DNA of 64,000 nucleotides from Daphnia carinata (Eukaryota): NCBI RefSeq assembly GCF_022539665.2, contig NC_081333.1, positions 10,602,001 to 10,666,000 of the forward strand, read 5' to 3'. Shown piece by piece: positions 62,401 to 64,000 of this stretch (position 1 is its first letter; each line of letters starts with the position of its first letter). The notes under the pieces were generated by a model. It saw only the letters and a program-made list of their open reading frames with translations, ran no database searches and was not told where the DNA came from. The position numbers and the translations under genes were made by a program.

Positions 62401-63604
62401 GACTTGGCGATGCTGTAGATTTTGAAAAACACCGCACCTGCAGAGAGATGCACGACGACTGCGGTCTTGCAAGGGCCCGGCCAGTTGAGCGAGAACTGCG
62501 GCAGTCTAGGACGCGGATACCTTCTTGGCCAGAAAACAAGATTGCTTGACATTCTGCCAAAAACACTGAATGCGTGATCCTTTTGCCCACCGATCTAATA
62601 GCTAGTAGTATAAATATAACGCACGAGGCAGTGTAAATACGATGCCACACGGCACAAAAGAGAACTGCCGCTACCAATGGTTGTCCATGATTCCAAATCA
62701 CAAATTCAAAAGAACGCAATGATAAAAATACTAATTTTGGCAAGCAAAGTAAACATTTTTTTTCTCTTTTCTTTTCTAGACCTATACCTTATTTTAAGTT
62801 GTTTTTATGCTGAATAATTTGGTACCCTATTTATACCTTTGGCGCTCACGAAAACGGCGCATGTATAGCATTTGTTTATCCTCAGGTAACAAATATTGTT
62901 CTGACGTGTCAATTTCAAAAACGTGACTTAAACTCCTTTCTGAAAATCCATTGATAGAATTATTGGAACCAAACTACATGCTTTCGTGATTGAGACGCCA
63001 GTGACCCAGCGCAGATTTGGATGCATCATACGTGCAGTGTACATTCGACAACGGGCTTCTATCGTGAGTAAATTCAAATATTTTTATATTTTTTGTTGTG
63101 GAAATACTTCCTAAGAATTACTCAATGGTGCAGTTATTTAGAAATTATTTGCGCAAGTTTTCGTCGAGTTGCCAAATAGTTTGTCGCTATAAAAACAGTT
63201 CTGCCATAAGAAAATTCCGTAGTGAGTGGATACGTTTGTTTACTAACTGCCTACGTGTTTCTAACTATACATTGGCCATCCAACCTATTTTTGAATCAGT
63301 ATAGTACAGATTTTTTCCAACCAAGTGGGAGAATGTATAGCGTGTAGAATCTAGAAAGAAAAAAAAAACGATCGCCAATTGTCTAGCTGCATGACTAACC
63401 CATTTTGCCACACTGTCCTTTCAAGCGTTGGAGTAAAAAACGTTACTGTACCGCTTACTTATTCAGCGCTAATCAAAAGGACAGGTACGGTGCGATAACG
63501 GTACATTTCCTCTCTAAAGCCCCAATAGGCTTTCATACTTTTCACTTTCCATACTGTTCCCTTTCCATACAGTTTGCTAGTTGATATCAGGTCGAGCGGG
63601 TGTA

Positions 63605-63676
63605 GGTCCCATGGTGTAATGGTTAGCACTTCAGACTCTGAATCTGGCAATCCGAGTTCAAATCTCGGTGGGACCT
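63605..63676 (+). tRNA. tRNA-Gln, anticodon CTG
   Basis: GGTCCCA/TGGGACC acceptor stem, A box TGGTGTAATGG, anticodon arm TCAGA-CTCTGAA-TCTGG, B box GAGTTCAAATC, followed by a TTTT Pol III terminator. Confidence 0.95.
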
Positions 63677-64000
63677 CATTTTCTCAGGTATATTAAACCT
63701 CCGCATAATTTGTAATGAAACATTTTTTTTTGGTTTAATTCATTGATGATACATTGAAGACCACATTGGGAGACCCGCATCAATGGGATTGACGGCCATA
63801 GCCTTGCCCAGATCCCCCCTTCAGATTGCAAGCTATGCACGTAATCATAACGGAGCGTAAATCTGCCCTCATGGCCAATACCATTTATTACAGTTGCTTT
63901 TTGACGTCCTTAGCCCAATTCAATGCGGGCCACTGTTGAATGGCCACAGTGGATTGTCTCATATCAAATCACACAGTAATTGCAAAAAATGTTTGAAAAG

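Noticed and set aside
63790..63830. GACGGCCATAGC resembling a 5S rRNA start
   Set aside because: The similarity does not extend, and no internal control region is present.

Overview
Eukaryotic genomic DNA, AT-rich with mostly 60-100 nt GT-AG introns; a compact arthropod genome, probably a cladoceran such as Daphnia (inferred, not proven). Most short ORFs in the track are spurious or exon fragments, so gene models were rebuilt by hand from splice sites. Left to right: an 8-exon OST3/OST6 (TUSC3/MAGT1) gene; a gene-poor stretch with possible decayed coding remnants; a 3-exon aminergic GPCR with the signatures of a true alpha1-adrenergic receptor, including the vertebrate post-TM6 intron; a 4-exon secreted Argos/scoloptoxin-11-like Cys-rich protein; a decaying array of seven duplicated exon-intron cassettes; NELF-A with a +1 frameshift at codons 4-5; three tandem, apparently intact ebony-type NRPS genes; and a tRNA-Gln(CTG). 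The best candidate for an undescribed system is the triplicated ebony cluster, whose copies keep the same A-domain core motifs but differ in the amine-selecting C-terminal domain, about 21 kb from the adrenergic-type receptor.
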